A program made the translations under genes and the position numbers. Of a stretch of DNA of 64,000 nucleotides, positions 62,093-64,000 are shown piece after piece. Source of the DNA: Clostridiales bacterium (lineage in GTDB: Bacteria > Bacillota > Clostridia > Oscillospirales > CAG-272); NCBI GenBank assembly GCA_022791685.1, contig JAAVZO010000042.1, positions 13,479-77,478 of the forward strand, in the 5' to 3' direction. The first letter of the stretch is position 1, and every line of letters starts with the position of its first letter. A model generated the notes under the pieces. The model was not told where the DNA came from, searched no databases, and was given only the letters and a program-made list of their open reading frames with translations.

Positions 62093-64000
62093 AGGTGCAG
62101 CACCCGTTCCTTTATTTCCTGGGTGCGTCCCTGATTCCAGAACTGTGTTCCGATATATCCGCAGGTGCGGCGGGCAACGTTCATCTTGTTCTGGTCATCG
62201 TTACCACACTGTGGACATACCCAGACAAGCTTACCGTCACGCTCCTGTATCTCAATTTCACCATCATATCCGCATATCTGGCAATAGTCGCTCTTCGTGT
62301 TGAGCTCTGCGTACATTATGTTATCGTAGATAAATTTGATTATCTGCAATACTGCTTCAAGATTGTTCTGCATATTCGGAACTTCAACGTAACTGATAGC
62401 ACCGCCGGTCGAAAGCGCTTGGAACTGCGATTCAAATCTCAGCTTCTCGAACGCGTCAATATCCTCGGTGACATGAACATGATAGCTGTTGGTTATATAT
62501 CCCTTGTCAGTTACTCCTGGGATTATGCCGAAACGCTTTTGCAGGCACTTTGCAAATTTGTAGGTAGTCGATTCAAGCGGCGTACCGTATATTCCAAAGC
62601 CTATAGTAGTCTCATCCTTCCAGCGATTGCAGGCAGCATTCATATATTTCATTACATCGAGCGCAAACGGAGTTGCTTCGGGATCGGTATGCGACTTGCC
62701 AGTCATATAGCGAACACACTCGCAGAGTCCAGCATATCCGAGCGATATTGTCGAATATCCACCGACAAGCAGCTTATCTATAGGCTCACCCTTTTTGAGT
62801 CTTGCACAAGCACCGTACTGCCAAAGTATAGGCGCAGCGTCGGAAAGGGTCCCCATCAGTCTATTATGGCGGCACATAAGCGCACGATAGCAGAGGTCGA
62901 GACGCTCGTCGAATATTTTCCAGAATTTGTCCATGTTTCCGCCAGAAGAACAAGCTATGTCGACAAGATTGAGCGTAACTACACCCTGATTGAATCGTCC
63001 GTAGAACTTGTAGTTTCCGTTTTCATCCTTCCACGGCGAAAGCGCGCTGCGGCAGCCCATTACCGGGAAACAGTTGCCTTCCTTGAGCTCCTTCATCTTC
63101 TTTTCGGAGATATAATCAGGAACAAGCCGTTTTGCGGTACACTTAGCCGCTAACTTAGTAAGATAGTAGTATTCCGAATCCTCGTGGATATTGTCTTCCT
63201 CAAGCACATATATAAGCTTCGGGAACGCCGGAGTTACCCATACTCCACTCTCATTCTTTACGCCCTTATAGCGCTGTTCGAGCGTTTCCTCTATTATCAT
63301 CGCAAGGTCGCGCTTCTCGCTCTCATTCTTCGCCTCATTGAGGTACATAAATACAGTGACGAACGGAGCCTGACCGTTTGTAGTCAATAATGTGAGTACC
63401 TGATATTGGATCGTCTGAACTCCGCGGCTTATCTCATCGCGAAGGCGGCGTTCTACCATATGGCTTATCTCATCGTCAGTCAATGTTATACCAACGTCAG
63501 CGATCTCAGAAAGAAGGTTGCGGCGTATTTTCTCACGGCTCACCTGAACGAACGGTGCAAGATGTGCGAGCGATATCGACTGACCGCCGTACTGATTCGA
63601 TGCGACCTGAGCGATTATCTGGGTCGCGATATTGCAGGCAGTTGAGAAGCTGTGCGGACGTTCAAGCATTGTTCCTGTGACGACTGTACCGTTCTGGAGC
63701 ATATCCTCGAGATTTACAAGGTCGCAGTTGTGCATGTGCTGTGCATAGTAATCGGTATCGTGGAAGTGAATTATACCTTCATTATGCGCCTTAACGATAT
63801 CCGCAGGAAGCAGTATACGGTTGGTGATATCGCGCGATACCTCACCTGCCATATAGTCACGCTGAGTCGAGTTTATGACCGGATTCTTATTAGAATTCTC
63901 CTGCTTCGCTTCCTCGTTGTTGCACTCGATAAGACTAAGTATCTTGTCGTCGGTGGTGTTCGACTGACGGACAAGATTGCGGGTATAGCGATAGGTTATG
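62089..64000 (-). CDS. nrdD: Anaerobic ribonucleoside-triphosphate reductase (class III), N-terminus outside the window
   Basis: C-terminal zinc ribbon CQICG...CPQCG and glycyl-radical motif RRTCGYIG. The frame stays open past the listed Met at 63852 to the window edge. Confidence 0.9.
   Translation of the reverse strand, partial: ITYRYTRNLVRQSNTTDDKILSLIECNNEEAKQENSNKNPVINSTQRDYMAGEVSRDITNRILLPADIVKAHNEGIIHFHDTDYYAQHMHNCDLVNLEDMLQNGTVVTGTMLERPHSFSTACNIATQIIAQVASNQYGGQSISLAHLAPFVQVSREKIRRNLLSEIADVGITLTDDEISHMVERRLRDEISRGVQTIQYQVLTLLTTNGQAPFVTVFMYLNEAKNESEKRDLAMIIEETLEQRYKGVKNESGVWVTPAFPKLIYVLEEDNIHEDSEYYYLTKLAAKCTAKRLVPDYISEKKMKELKEGNCFPVMGCRSALSPWKDENGNYKFYGRFNQGVVTLNLVDIACSSGGNMDKFWKIFDERLDLCYRALMCRHNRLMGTLSDAAPILWQYGACARLKKGEPIDKLLVGGYSTISLGYAGLCECVRYMTGKSHTDPEATPFALDVMKYMNAACNRWKDETTIGFGIYGTPLESTTYKFAKCLQKRFGIIPGVTDKGYITNSYHVHVTEDIDAFEKLRFESQFQALSTGGAISYVEVPNMQNNLEAVLQIIKFIYDNIMYAELNTKSDYCQICGYDGEIEIQERDGKLVWVCPQCGNDDQNKMNVARRTCGYIGTQFWNQGRTQEIKERVLHL

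Overview
Dense chromosomal window that looks like a moderate-GC anaerobic Firmicute (Clostridia-like). This is inferred from GGAGG-type ribosome binding sites, a class B sortase with an SPQTG substrate, NifS/IscU and anaerobic NrdDG. I support about 45 protein genes. I saw no rRNA, tRNA, CRISPR array, transposase or integrase. Left to right: a sugar isomerase/kinase/RpiR cluster (1-4993); carA plus a carB gene fused in frame to a dapF-like domain (5167-10312); and a long minus-strand carbohydrate region (10362-29204). That region holds a hexosamine-type locus (GH20, SIS, Gfo/Idh/MocA, lipoprotein SBP). It also holds a seven-gene operon in which a 988-aa CBM-fused solute-binding protein and two pairs of ABC permeases flank an NHL-propeller/Yip1 membrane protein and a ~1000-aa secreted protein of unknown function. 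That operon is my best candidate for an undescribed system. Then follow iscU-nifS, rnhA, a PHP protein, purL, mtaB, a YtrA-type GntR/ABC module, trkAH, two paralogous sigma-70-family factors with ~340-aa C-terminal extensions, and a broken SBP paralog. The window ends with a capsule/EPS regulatory module (CpsC/D/B-like, LCP, CapD-like) containing an embedded sortase B and its substrate, followed by nrdG and partial nrdD. There are also three 9-nt C/G homopolymer tracts, all in surface-related genes, one of which breaks a reading frame. All functional calls come from reading the translations and motifs by eye. No database search was run.
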